Below, piece after piece: positions 15,381-23,850 of a DNA stretch of 52,758 nucleotides; within the stretch, counting starts at the first letter, position 1; the number at the start of each line of letters is the position of its first letter. Origin of the DNA: a virus (Duplodnaviria > Caudoviricetes). The stretch spans positions 1 through 52,758 of the IMG/VR virus record IMGVR_UViG_3300049165_000014; one strand, written 5' to 3'. The notes beneath the pieces were generated by a model. The model did not search any database, was not told where the DNA came from, and saw only the letters and a program-made list of their open reading frames with translations. The translations under genes and the position numbers were made by a program.

Positions 15381-15782
15381 ATGCCGAACAAGGAAGTCCT
15401 GACTCTCTGGGTCGAGGACCTTGAGACGACGGACGCGAAGCAGGGGACTGGGTTCCTGCACACCAAGGACGACGACGGGACCGAGCGGTTCTGCTGCCTC
15501 GGCCGCCTGGCGAAGCTGGCGGTGGACCACGGTGTGATCCCGCCTCCGATCGAGGGCAACAGCCTGTTCCGCTACGGCGCTCACGCGCAGGGCGAGGAGG
15601 GCTTCGACTCCGATCTGGTCCTGCCATGGGCCGTCCAGCAGTGGGCCGGTATCGAGTCCGACCCGGAGCTGATCGGGGACGGAATCGACGACCAGCCCAT
15701 GACTGCCTCGGGCCTGAACGACACATGGGGCTACTCGTTCCGGCGAATCGCGGAGGTGATCCGGGAGAAGTACGACCTCTGA
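15381..15782 (+). CDS. Hypothetical protein
   Basis: GAGGAG RBS; QG.G.L...FCCLG...LND...SF..IA..I. Confidence 0.85.
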   Translation: MPNKEVLTLWVEDLETTDAKQGTGFLHTKDDDGTERFCCLGRLAKLAVDHGVIPPPIEGNSLFRYGAHAQGEEGFDSDLVLPWAVQQWAGIESDPELIGDGIDDQPMTASGLNDTWGYSFRRIAEVIREKYDL

Positions 15783-15886
15783 TGGCGTACACCTGGGGCA
15801 CCGAGAGCAAGGAACCGCTGGACATCGAGACCATCCCCGAGAAGGTCGAACGCTGGATCAGCAAGGACGAGGAGGATGACGACTGA
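15782..15886 (+). CDS. 34-aa acidic peptide
   Basis: TGATG coupling; MAYTWGTESKEPLDIE. Confidence 0.55.
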   Translation: MAYTWGTESKEPLDIETIPEKVERWISKDEEDDD

Positions 15887-16283
15887 ACCCCTGATCGTCA
15901 CAGTCCTTCAGCACTACTTCCCTGATTGGGAGCAGCCTCGAACACGAGGTGATCGGGTGTCGTGTCTCTGTCCGTTCCATGGAGACACGCGCCCTTCTGC
16001 CTCGGTCGACTACAAGAACAACCGGTTCAAGTGCTTCTCCGGTTGTGAGGGAGGGAGTGCTTACGACATCATCATGAGAGAGGAGGGAATCAGCTATCCA
16101 GAAGCTCTCCGATTTGCAGAAGAGCTTTCTCCGGGAAGCAACGCTGCGATACAGCAGCAGTCTGCCAGGAAGTCCAGCCGACGAACATTTGGTCAGCAGG
16201 AACCTGACGGACAGGGACGGGGAGTGGAACCACACGGCTCCGTTCCATCTGGGATACGTGGACGATCCACTCCCTGGTCATGA
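15876..16283 (+). CDS. DNA primase zinc-binding (CHC2) part
   Basis: CPFHGDTRPSASV...FKCFSGC. Confidence 0.9.
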   Translation: MTTEPLIVTVLQHYFPDWEQPRTRGDRVSCLCPFHGDTRPSASVDYKNNRFKCFSGCEGGSAYDIIMREEGISYPEALRFAEELSPGSNAAIQQQSARKSSRRTFGQQEPDGQGRGVEPHGSVPSGIRGRSTPWS

Positions 16284-16764
16284 GTCATACCAGGGGATGA
16301 TGTCCATCCCGTACCTCCGGCCGACCACGGATGACGAGCTGTTCGTTGCGAGCATCCGATTCCGTTGCTTGGTCGAGGGGTGTGAGCATGAGTTCCACGG
16401 CAAGTACAACACCGTAGCGGGCGACCGCCCGAGGATGTTCAACACCAAGGCTTTGGTGGAGTCAGACGACATCATCGCAATCTGCGAGGGTGAGCTTGAC
16501 GCCATCACGGCGCAGGCGTGTGGCATCCCTGCGGTTGGCATTCCCGGTATTCAGCTCTGGAAGCGCGCGTTCCGCGAGCCATTCCTTGGGTACGAGAAGG
16601 TGTACATCCTGGCGGATGGGGATGATGCCGGACGACAACTCGCCACGGTACTCATGAAGGATCTCGGCGCCAATGGTGTTGTGGTCCCGATGCCTCACGG
16701 CGAGGACGTGAACTCGTTCGTCAAGAAGAACGGGCCGAAGGCCCTTCGAGAGAGGATCAATTGA
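16096..16764 (+). CDS. DNA primase TOPRIM part (ATC start at 16096 inferred; TTG 16114 is the alternative)
   Basis: ICEGELDA, ADGDDAG, EDVN TOPRIM motifs; AGGAGG RBS at 16081-16086. Confidence 0.85.
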   Translation: MQKLSDLQKSFLREATLRYSSSLPGSPADEHLVSRNLTDRDGEWNHTAPFHLGYVDDPLPGHESYQGMMSIPYLRPTTDDELFVASIRFRCLVEGCEHEFHGKYNTVAGDRPRMFNTKALVESDDIIAICEGELDAITAQACGIPAVGIPGIQLWKRAFREPFLGYEKVYILADGDDAGRQLATVLMKDLGANGVVVPMPHGEDVNSFVKKNGPKALRERIN

Positions 16765-16773
16765 TTGTACGCA

Positions 16774-17268
16774 ATGACTGCAGAGGACGGCCCGGACTAC
16801 AGCAAGGGTGACACCGTGCTGATCACGGCCGGACTCTACGCCGATGCGCTCGGCGAGGTCGTCGGATACGACGGCAACCACGACCTGTACTTCGTCAGGG
16901 TCGATGATGTCGGCACCATCCAGGCGCTGTTCCCCTCCATGCTTGATGACCTCGATGACGAGGACGACGAGGACGGGGACGAGGAGGACCAGGAGGAGGG
17001 CTACCCGATGCCCGACACTCCGATCCACGGCATGACCTCGGAGCAGCTCGCCGACTACGTCTCTGACTTCATCGTGGCGTGCACCACGCGCGTCAAGGGA
17101 GTGGGCGACGAGCAGTACAGCGAGGGCACTCACCAGAAGTTCGAGGCCATGGCCATCGATGAGCTGCTGGAGTGGGCCGAGGAGGAGGTGCAGGACCTGG
17201 CGGTGTACGCAGCGATGCTGCACATCCGCCTGCGGCGTGTTCGCCAGGCTCTCAAGCCGAATCTGTGA
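16774..17268 (+). CDS. Hypothetical protein (KOW-like N-terminus, helical C-terminal domain)
   Basis: RVKGVGDEQY....QKFE....EE..DL..YAAM pattern; start uncertain (16765 possible). Confidence 0.75.
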   Translation: MTAEDGPDYSKGDTVLITAGLYADALGEVVGYDGNHDLYFVRVDDVGTIQALFPSMLDDLDDEDDEDGDEEDQEEGYPMPDTPIHGMTSEQLADYVSDFIVACTTRVKGVGDEQYSEGTHQKFEAMAIDELLEWAEEEVQDLAVYAAMLHIRLRRVRQALKPNL

Positions 17269-17275
17269 AGGTGAT

Positions 17276-18040
17276 ATGAGCAAGCGTGTATTGATTCTGC
17301 CTGACATTCAGGCACCGCTTGAGGATAGGCGAGCAGTCGCCGCTGTCATTCGGTTCCTCGGGGAGTACCAGCCCGATGAGCTGGTGCAGATCGGTGACCT
17401 GGCTGACTTCCCCAAGCCATCACGGTGGAGCAAGGGGTCTGCTGCCGAGTTCGAGGGCAACATCTTCGAGGATGCCGAGTACATCAAGAAGAGGATCCTC
17501 GACCCCATCCGTGCGGTGTATGAGGGGCCGTTCAAGTTCATCGAGGGCAACCACGATGAGCGGCCTCGGGTTCACCTGGAGCAGTACGCTCCGGCGCTCT
17601 CAGGTACCAAGGCGTTCCACATCGACAACATGCTCGACTTCGCTGGGTATGGAATCGAGTGGGCACCTGACTTCTACGACTTCGCCCCCGGCTGGACCAT
17701 GACGCATGGCCACCGTGGCGGAATCAGGCTGACGCAGGAGGCGGGCAAGACCGCGCTCGGCGCAGCCCAGAAGTTCGGCAAGAGCGTCATCATGGGACAC
17801 ACTCACCGCCTCGGGGCACAGCCGAAGTCCTTCGGGTATGACGGCCGCGTCAAGACGCTGTGGGGCGTGGAGGTCGGCAACCTCATGAACATGCGGGCTG
17901 CCCAGTACCTCAAGGGTGGCTCCGCAAACTGGCAGCAGGGTTTCGTTCTGCTGACGGTCGACGGATCGTACGTCCAGCCGACGACGATCCCGATCATCAA
18001 CAGTCGATTCACCGTGGACGGCGTTACTTTTCGCCTTTGA
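17276..18040 (+). CDS. Metallophosphoesterase
   Basis: LPDIQ, IGDL.D, EGNHD, THGH, MGHTHR. Confidence 0.9.
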   Translation: MSKRVLILPDIQAPLEDRRAVAAVIRFLGEYQPDELVQIGDLADFPKPSRWSKGSAAEFEGNIFEDAEYIKKRILDPIRAVYEGPFKFIEGNHDERPRVHLEQYAPALSGTKAFHIDNMLDFAGYGIEWAPDFYDFAPGWTMTHGHRGGIRLTQEAGKTALGAAQKFGKSVIMGHTHRLGAQPKSFGYDGRVKTLWGVEVGNLMNMRAAQYLKGGSANWQQGFVLLTVDGSYVQPTTIPIINSRFTVDGVTFRL

Positions 18041-18072
18041 ACCTGACTTGGGGCCGGGTTAGACCGGCCCCG
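18040..18072 (+). promoter_or_regulatory. Stoperator (18040-18054) fused to a hairpin
   Basis: AACCTGACTTGGGGC; GGGGCCGG-GTTAGA-CCGGCCCC. Confidence 0.75.
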
Positions 18073-18089
18073 GTCGTAGCGAGAGGACT

Positions 18090-18710
18090 ATGGACAGCAC
18101 TACATACGAACTGCTCAAGCCCGATGTGGTGACAGCAGCAAAGACCACCGCTCGGCAGTGGCCGGGCACGATCGACGAGGAGGATGCCGAGCAGGAGATC
18201 TGGGCTCTGCTCATCGAGGCTCCGAAGTCCATCGATGTCCTGTCTCAGATGGAGCGCCCCAATCGGGTGTCCACCCTGACCCTGTATGGGCACCGCGTTG
18301 CGGCGCGCTACCGGGATGACTACGAGCTGTTCTCCGGCAACTATCTCTACAGCACGGACTACGTTCGTCGTCTTCTCGACGCTGACATTCTCGTGTTCTC
18401 CGGTGATCGGCCGGACAAGCTGACGTTCTCCGAGTGGGTGGACATCACCGAGGCATTCGCCAAGGTGCAGCAGAGGAACGCAGGGTATGCCGATCTGATC
18501 GCCCGTGTGTTCATTCAGGGCGAGAAGCTCCAGTCGGGAGCGGACAGGATGCAGCTCACCCGAGCTGTGGATTCCCTGACGAAGGAGATGAACCGAGTTC
18601 ACACCTCTCGGGTCCTGAACTACACCGAGGGACCCGGCACCCGGCGAGTCATGTCGAACACGCAGGCCGAGTACTACACGGCCGAGCAGACAGGGACGCA
18701 GGTGCGATGA
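18090..18710 (+). CDS. Sigma-factor-like DNA-binding protein
   Basis: QWPG.ID.EDAEQEIW..L.E...Y.YS...VR..L; same position before the RNR gene as in Cluster A. Confidence 0.65.
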   Translation: MDSTTYELLKPDVVTAAKTTARQWPGTIDEEDAEQEIWALLIEAPKSIDVLSQMERPNRVSTLTLYGHRVAARYRDDYELFSGNYLYSTDYVRRLLDADILVFSGDRPDKLTFSEWVDITEAFAKVQQRNAGYADLIARVFIQGEKLQSGADRMQLTRAVDSLTKEMNRVHTSRVLNYTEGPGTRRVMSNTQAEYYTAEQTGTQVR

Positions 18711-18883
18711 GGAACTACGGCCAGTGCATTGACCGACACCCGGAAGCGTCGCAGGAGTTCGACGAGTTCGGCGGTCAGATTGTCACACCTCGCGTGATGA
18801 ACACGTTCGACGAGATGTCGGACATCGAGGTCGAGGAGTGGGCTGCTGTCGGCAGTTCCGAGGAAGGAGTGAAGTTCGAATGA
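18707..18883 (+). CDS. Small hypothetical protein
   Basis: ATGA overlap. Confidence 0.65.
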   Translation: MRNYGQCIDRHPEASQEFDEFGGQIVTPRVMNTFDEMSDIEVEEWAAVGSSEEGVKFE

Positions 18884-19029
18884 ACTCTGTGTTCGATCTC
18901 GAAGAGCGGTACGTGGCACAGCTCGTGCCGGAAGCGTACCCGGGAGTTCCTCAGCCGGTTCTGAAGAACTGGTCTGACGAGGATCTCGAAGCGTACTGCG
19001 GAATCTACAACCGGAAGGAGATTGCGTGA
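18880..19029 (+). CDS. Small hypothetical protein
   Basis: ATGA overlap, GGAG RBS. Confidence 0.65.
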   Translation: MNSVFDLEERYVAQLVPEAYPGVPQPVLKNWSDEDLEAYCGIYNRKEIA

Positions 19030-21140
19030 CTGAGGTTCCCTGGGGGCCAACCGGTGAGGTCGTCTACAAGCGGACGTACTCTCGCACCAAGCCGGACGGT
19101 TCCTCGGAAACCTGGCCCGAGACGGTAGAGCGGGTTGTCGATGGCAACCTCGCCCTTCGCCCGGATCATCTGCGACCGAACGAGCGTGAGGATCTGATCC
19201 GTCTGATGACGGAGTTCAAGATCCTGCCCGCTGGTCGGCACTTGTGGATGTCGGGGATCAAGGGACGGCAGTATTTGTTCAACTGCCACGTCGCGGGTTG
19301 GAATCCCGAGGACATCACGGACCACTTCACGTTCACATTCCTGCGCCTGGCCGAAGGCGGCGGCGTTGGTACGAACTATTCGAACCACCATCTCATGTGG
19401 TACGACAGTATCCGGGGATTCGGTGGCAATGGCTGGGACGATCCTGGCGTTGGCTACCAGGTGCACATCGTGTGCGACCCTTCGCACCCGGACTATGAGG
19501 CACTGAGGGAAGCCGGGCTGATCTCCACTGAGTACACGTCCAACTGGGCGGGTGCGTTCCAGGTGGAGGACACCAGGGAGGGCTGGGCTGCTGCCCTGGT
19601 CGACCTGATGCAGACCTACTACCGGCCTGCTCTGAACCAGCGCCGCGTCTTCGACGTGAGCAGGGTGCGCTGGAAGGGTGCTCGACTCCAGACCTCCGGC
19701 GGTCACGCGTCCGGCCCGCTGCCGCTGGCCGAGATGCTGCACAGCGTCGCCGGGGTCATGAACCTGCGCCTCGGGCAGAAGCTTGACGGCCTGGGCGCGA
19801 TGGAGATCGACCACGCTATCGCTTCGGCGGTGGTGGCCGGAGGCAACCGGCGGTCTGCACGCATGGCCATCATGCACTGGAAGGACCGGCAGATCTTCGA
19901 GTTCATCCAGAGCAAGCAGGACCCGTCGAAGAATTGGACTACCAACATCTCGGTAGAGGTGGATGACGAGTTCTTCGAGGCGGCCGACGCCTTCGAGGAC
20001 GTATACGTCTGGAAGTCTGATGAGCCCATCTACAGGATTGCGGCCAACCATGCTGCCTGCGTGCTTAAGGCGATTGCCGAGGGCATGCTGGAGAATGGGG
20101 AGCCGGGATTCTGGAACAGCTCGCTGTCGAATGACGGTGAGCCGAACCGGGTGATTGCCACCAATCCGTGCGGTGAGATCGCGCTGGAGCCCTGGGAGAA
20201 CTGCAACTTGGGCCACGTCAACTTGGCGGCATTCGTCGACAAGGAGACCGGCCAGGTTGACTACGAGGACATGAGGCTGGCCCACCAGCTCATCACTCGG
20301 TTCCTCATGCGGGCAACCTATGGTGATGTCCGGGACGAGAAGCAGGCAGAGGTGCTGGCTCGCAACCGGCGCATTGGGGTGGGTCACCTTGGCGTGGCTT
20401 CGTTCCTTGCGCTGACTGGGGTCAAGTACAGCGAGGCTCCCGAGGACTGGGGCTTCGCCCTGCTGCTGGAGCAGCTCGCCACTGAGGTGAGCCTGGAAAG
20501 CTCGAACTATGCACACGATCTCCGCGTGCCGGTTCCGGTGAAGACCAGGACGGTGGCGCCCACGGGCACCATCGCCAAGATGCCGGGCGTAAGTGAGGGT
20601 ATCCACCCGATCTTCGGCAAGTACTTCATCCGGCGCATTCGGTTCTCCGACAACAACCCTGCTGAGGTTGCAACTGTCGAGGAGTACCGGCGCAAGGGAT
20701 ACGGGGTCGAGCCGTGTCAGTACGCGGCGAACACCACGGTGGTTTCCCTGCCCACCAAGGACAGCCTGCTTGCTCAGGTTGAGAACCTTCGAGGGGAGCT
20801 GGGAGATGCCAACGAGATTGTTCAGGGTGCCTCTGATCTAACGCTGGAGGACATGCTCAAGTTCCAGCGGATGTACCAGACGCACTGGGCCGACAACGCC
20901 GTGAGCTACACGGTCAACCTCGATCCAGACCGTTACACGAATGCGGACCTGGAGAAGGCAATCCTGCACTTTGGTCCGGACATCAAGGGGGCCACAGTGT
21001 TCCCGGAGAAGTCCCGTCCGCAGTCGCCTTACGAGCGGATCTCTGAGGCGGACTACAAGTTGTACGAGCTGTGGCAGCAGGCATCCGTCGCCGATGGCGT
21101 GGATGAGAACTGCTCCAACGGCGCGTGCCCCATCAAGTAG
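19026..21140 (+). CDS. nrdJ: Class II (AdoCbl-dependent) ribonucleotide reductase
   Basis: [36 protein letters not shown]-terminal CSNGACPIK. Confidence 0.93.
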   Translation: MTEVPWGPTGEVVYKRTYSRTKPDGSSETWPETVERVVDGNLALRPDHLRPNEREDLIRLMTEFKILPAGRHLWMSGIKGRQYLFNCHVAGWNPEDITDHFTFTFLRLAEGGGVGTNYSNHHLMWYDSIRGFGGNGWDDPGVGYQVHIVCDPSHPDYEALREAGLISTEYTSNWAGAFQVEDTREGWAAALVDLMQTYYRPALNQRRVFDVSRVRWKGARLQTSGGHASGPLPLAEMLHSVAGVMNLRLGQKLDGLGAMEIDHAIASAVVAGGNRRSARMAIMHWKDRQIFEFIQSKQDPSKNWTTNISVEVDDEFFEAADAFEDVYVWKSDEPIYRIAANHAACVLKAIAEGMLENGEPGFWNSSLSNDGEPNRVIATNPCGEIALEPWENCNLGHVNLAAFVDKETGQVDYEDMRLAHQLITRFLMRATYGDVRDEKQAEVLARNRRIGVGHLGVASFLALTGVKYSEAPEDWGFALLLEQLATEVSLESSNYAHDLRVPVPVKTRTVAPTGTIAKMPGVSEGIHPIFGKYFIRRIRFSDNNPAEVATVEEYRRKGYGVEPCQYAANTTVVSLPTKDSLLAQVENLRGELGDANEIVQGASDLTLEDMLKFQRMYQTHWADNAVSYTVNLDPDRYTNADLEKAILHFGPDIKGATVFPEKSRPQSPYERISEADYKLYELWQQASVADGVDENCSNGACPIK

Positions 21141-21151
21141 AGGAGAGAATA

Positions 21152-21403
21152 GTGAGTAACGACCTGACGCAGGCTGTATTCGAGTCCCTGTTCCCGAACA
21201 CCGACGTGATCGCCCGGCAGCTCACCAAGGACGAGGGCGCCATCGATCACGTGATTGTGTCCGCCCTGGAGAACCGAGTGGTTGTCACCCTCGGCCGGGA
21301 GGATTTCACGTTCAACCAGGTCGTCATCGAGATTCAGGACGGCAAGGCCGTGCTGGTCCACGAGGCAAACATCGACTTCCTGAAGGACATCCTGAATGGC
21401 TAA
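21152..21403 (+). CDS. Hypothetical protein
   Basis: GGAG RBS, GTG start. Confidence 0.75.
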   Translation: MSNDLTQAVFESLFPNTDVIARQLTKDEGAIDHVIVSALENRVVVTLGREDFTFNQVVIEIQDGKAVLVHEANIDFLKDILNG

Positions 21404-21935
21404 GGATCCATTCGCCGACGACTACACCCCCGACACCGACGACGTTCCGTTCGACACTGAGGAGACTGACGAGACCGTGACCGACGCTTTCGACACCGAC
21501 GAGAACGACGCCCCTGCCTACGACGGCTTCGGCGTGAGCCTCACCTTCAAGGGTGACGGCGCGTACTACTCCCCGTGGATCGTCCTCCGGGCGCCGAATG
21601 CGGCGGGTCTGCGTGACCTGCTCGACGACGACCTGAAGGAGCTGATCAAGGAGTCCACCACGATCGCGAAGGGTCACTACAAGCTGGCCCAGGAGATCGC
21701 CGGTGAGAAGCCTGCTCGCTCGGGCGGTGGCGGCAACGGCGGTGGAGGCGGTGGCAACTACAACCGCGCCCCGCAGGCTGCCAAGGAGCACCCGGACGGG
21801 AAGAAGGAGTTCTGCGAGCACGGCGAGATGGACTACAAGACCGGCGTCACCAAGTCCGGCAAGAACCAGGGCAAGGCGTGGCACGCGTTCGACTGCTCGA
21901 AGGGCGTCTGCGACCGCAAGTGGGACAACGGCTGA
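21396..21935 (+). CDS. Conserved Cluster A-like protein (acidic N-terminus, Gly linker, C-terminal Cys/His)
   Basis: LTFKG...Y.SPWIV...FCEHGEM.YKTG..K....W..F.C. Confidence 0.8.
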   Translation: MAKDPFADDYTPDTDDVPFDTEETDETVTDAFDTDENDAPAYDGFGVSLTFKGDGAYYSPWIVLRAPNAAGLRDLLDDDLKELIKESTTIAKGHYKLAQEIAGEKPARSGGGGNGGGGGGNYNRAPQAAKEHPDGKKEFCEHGEMDYKTGVTKSGKNQGKAWHAFDCSKGVCDRKWDNG

Positions 21936-21951
21936 TCTACTGCTGAAGTAG

Positions 21952-21990
21952 GACCTTACTTGGGGCGGGGCTTCGGCCCCGCTCCCTTTG
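21952..21990 (+). terminator. Stoperator (21952-21966) fused to a UUCG hairpin
   Basis: GACCTTACTTGGGGC; GGGGCGGGGC-TTCG-GCCCCGCTCC-CTTT. Confidence 0.7.
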
Positions 21991-22006
21991 GGGAGAGGAG
22001 AACCCA

Positions 22007-22732
22007 TTGCTGGTTGTGCCAGTGGCTACAACCCAGTTCAACTTCGACGCGGCGCGAGCCGCCACCGACTACACGCTTCAGCCCGGCGACCCGGCAACGC
22101 AGATGGATCTGCTCCCGGAGTTCGCGGGGCGAATGTGCTATCAGAGCTGGAACCGTCCGAATCCCAAGACGGCAGAGAACAAGGGATACCTGGAGAACAT
22201 CCTCAACCAGGGCCACTACAGCGTGCTTGAGCACGCATCTGTGACCTTCTATGTGGAGGGCGTCAGCCGGTCCTTGCTGACCGAGCTTGAGCGCCACCGA
22301 TTCATCAGCTTCTCGGTGATCTCACAGCGGTACGTACGAGTGGGAGCCAACGACCTGACGTACCACCCGACGATTGAGGACTTCGCGCATCACCAGATCC
22401 TCGGCGACGAGGAGGAGCTTACGGTCAGGGAGGAGTACGAGAACGCCTGGCAGGAGTCGGTCGCTGCGTACAAGCGACTGGCCAACACGCTGGAGCAGGT
22501 GGGCCTGCCTCGGAAGAAGGCGCTGGAGGCCGCACGTGAAGTGCTGCCGAATGCAACCGAGGTCAAGATGGTGGTCACCGGCAACCTTCGCGCCTGGCGC
22601 GATGTCATCCAGAAGCGATACAGCGAGGCTGCCGACGAGCAGATCCTGGAGTTCGCAGAGCAGGTGCTGCGTCACCTTCGGCGCCTGGCTCCCAGCTCGG
22701 TGCAGGACATCCCGGAGGAGCCATATGCCTGA
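22007..22732 (+). CDS. thyX: FAD-dependent thymidylate synthase
   Basis: EFAGRMCY.S, GHYSVLEH, ELERHR..SFS..SQRY, AR..LPN, N.R.WR. Confidence 0.93.
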   Translation: MLVVPVATTQFNFDAARAATDYTLQPGDPATQMDLLPEFAGRMCYQSWNRPNPKTAENKGYLENILNQGHYSVLEHASVTFYVEGVSRSLLTELERHRFISFSVISQRYVRVGANDLTYHPTIEDFAHHQILGDEEELTVREEYENAWQESVAAYKRLANTLEQVGLPRKKALEAAREVLPNATEVKMVVTGNLRAWRDVIQKRYSEAADEQILEFAEQVLRHLRRLAPSSVQDIPEEPYA

Positions 22733-23066
22733 CCCCCGGGAACCGAAGCTGCCCAAGTGGGCACAAGAGGAACTGCGCAACCTTCGAAACAAGCTGGAGA
22801 CGGAGAAGCGACGGGCTGATGAGGCCCGTATCGGGAACGGTGGTCCGGACTCGGACACGTTCATCGATCCATACGACGAGGTTCCCATTCGACTCGGTCG
22901 AGAGACCCGGATCAACTTCGTACTCGGAGACAAGTTCCAGGAGTACTTCGACGTTCAGATCAAGCGATACCACGGCGACGTGTACCTGGAGGTGCACGGC
23001 GGCACCGGCATGGTGATCACACCGCAGGTCTCCAACGTCATTCAGATTCGCACGGCAGAGAGGTAA
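22725..23066 (+). CDS. Hypothetical protein
   Basis: GGAGG RBS; DPREPKLPKWAQ. Confidence 0.8.
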   Translation: MPDPREPKLPKWAQEELRNLRNKLETEKRRADEARIGNGGPDSDTFIDPYDEVPIRLGRETRINFVLGDKFQEYFDVQIKRYHGDVYLEVHGGTGMVITPQVSNVIQIRTAER

Positions 23067-23068
23067 CT

Positions 23069-23236
23069 ATGACACTCGGACTTCTACTGACACTGGTTCT
23101 CGTCCTGCTCGACTACCTGGGGAAGGTGGAGCTGGCTTGGTACCAAATCCTGATCCCGGTCTTCATCGAGCTGGGGTTCTACGTCTTGTTCTGGATCCTG
23201 TTCCTGGCTGGCGCCATCGCGGCGGTGAGGAAGTGA
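23069..23236 (+). CDS. 55-aa two-TM membrane protein
   Basis: GAGG RBS; MTLGLLLTLVLVLLDYLGKVELAWYQILIP. Confidence 0.65.
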   Translation: MTLGLLLTLVLVLLDYLGKVELAWYQILIPVFIELGFYVLFWILFLAGAIAAVRK

Positions 23237-23541
23237 GCCTCAAGGACACGTCCCGAGAGGGACACCGCAAGGCCAGGAAGTCTGCTCCGACCGTCCGTGA
23301 CCGCCTGCTGGCGGCGTTCATCGTGGCAGGCTCGAACGGCCTGACGGACGAGGAGGCGGCCGAGGCCGCCGGTGTGCTGGACACCTGCTACTGGAAGCGG
23401 GCCAACGAGCTTCGCGAGAACCTCGACATCCGACCGACCGAGCGCACGCGCGTCGGCCGTAAGGGTGTGAAGCGAACCGTCTCCGTGGTGACCCACGCGG
23501 GCATCGTCCGCTCGCAGCTCGGCCACGAGGCCGCAACGTAA
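23233..23541 (+). CDS. Putative winged-HTH DNA-binding protein
   Basis: GLTDEEAAE......WKR..ELR...R.GR.G. Confidence 0.65.
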   Translation: MSLKDTSREGHRKARKSAPTVRDRLLAAFIVAGSNGLTDEEAAEAAGVLDTCYWKRANELRENLDIRPTERTRVGRKGVKRTVSVVTHAGIVRSQLGHEAAT

Positions 23542-23654
23542 GTAGGTGGGCGGGGCTGTCGTCATTGGCGTGCCGGACAGCCCCACCCGTGCGAACACTG
23601 ATTGGACCAGTACTCGCATGAGCAGGATACAGCACCCCCGATTGGGGGTGACTA

Positions 23655-23825
23655 ATGGGTAAGCACTCTTGGTTCAGCTCGGACATCGACGACAAGTCGA
23701 ATAAGCAACTGCTGGAAGAGCGGAAGCTGGTGATGGACCAGATCGCCAACGGTTCCACCGACCACGTCCGAGATACACAGCTTCTTGACAAGCTGGATGC
23801 CATTGAGGAAAAGCTTGGAAACTAA
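23655..23825 (+). CDS. 56-aa hypothetical protein
   Basis: GGGGTG RBS; MGKHSWFSSD...EEKLGN. Confidence 0.6.
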   Translation: MGKHSWFSSDIDDKSNKQLLEERKLVMDQIANGSTDHVRDTQLLDKLDAIEEKLGN

Positions 23826-23838
23826 CCTGACTTAGGGC
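23824..23838 (+). promoter_or_regulatory. Stoperator motif
   Basis: AACCTGACTTAGGGC between a stop codon and the polymerase RBS. Confidence 0.8.
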
Positions 23839-23850
23839 AAAGGAGGTGCG

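Noticed and set aside
19005-20606. 533-aa antisense ORF, and similar ones at 38468-40138, 47916-49058 and 50478-51629
   Set aside because: Shadow ORFs opposite well-supported genes, expected from high GC3 codon bias
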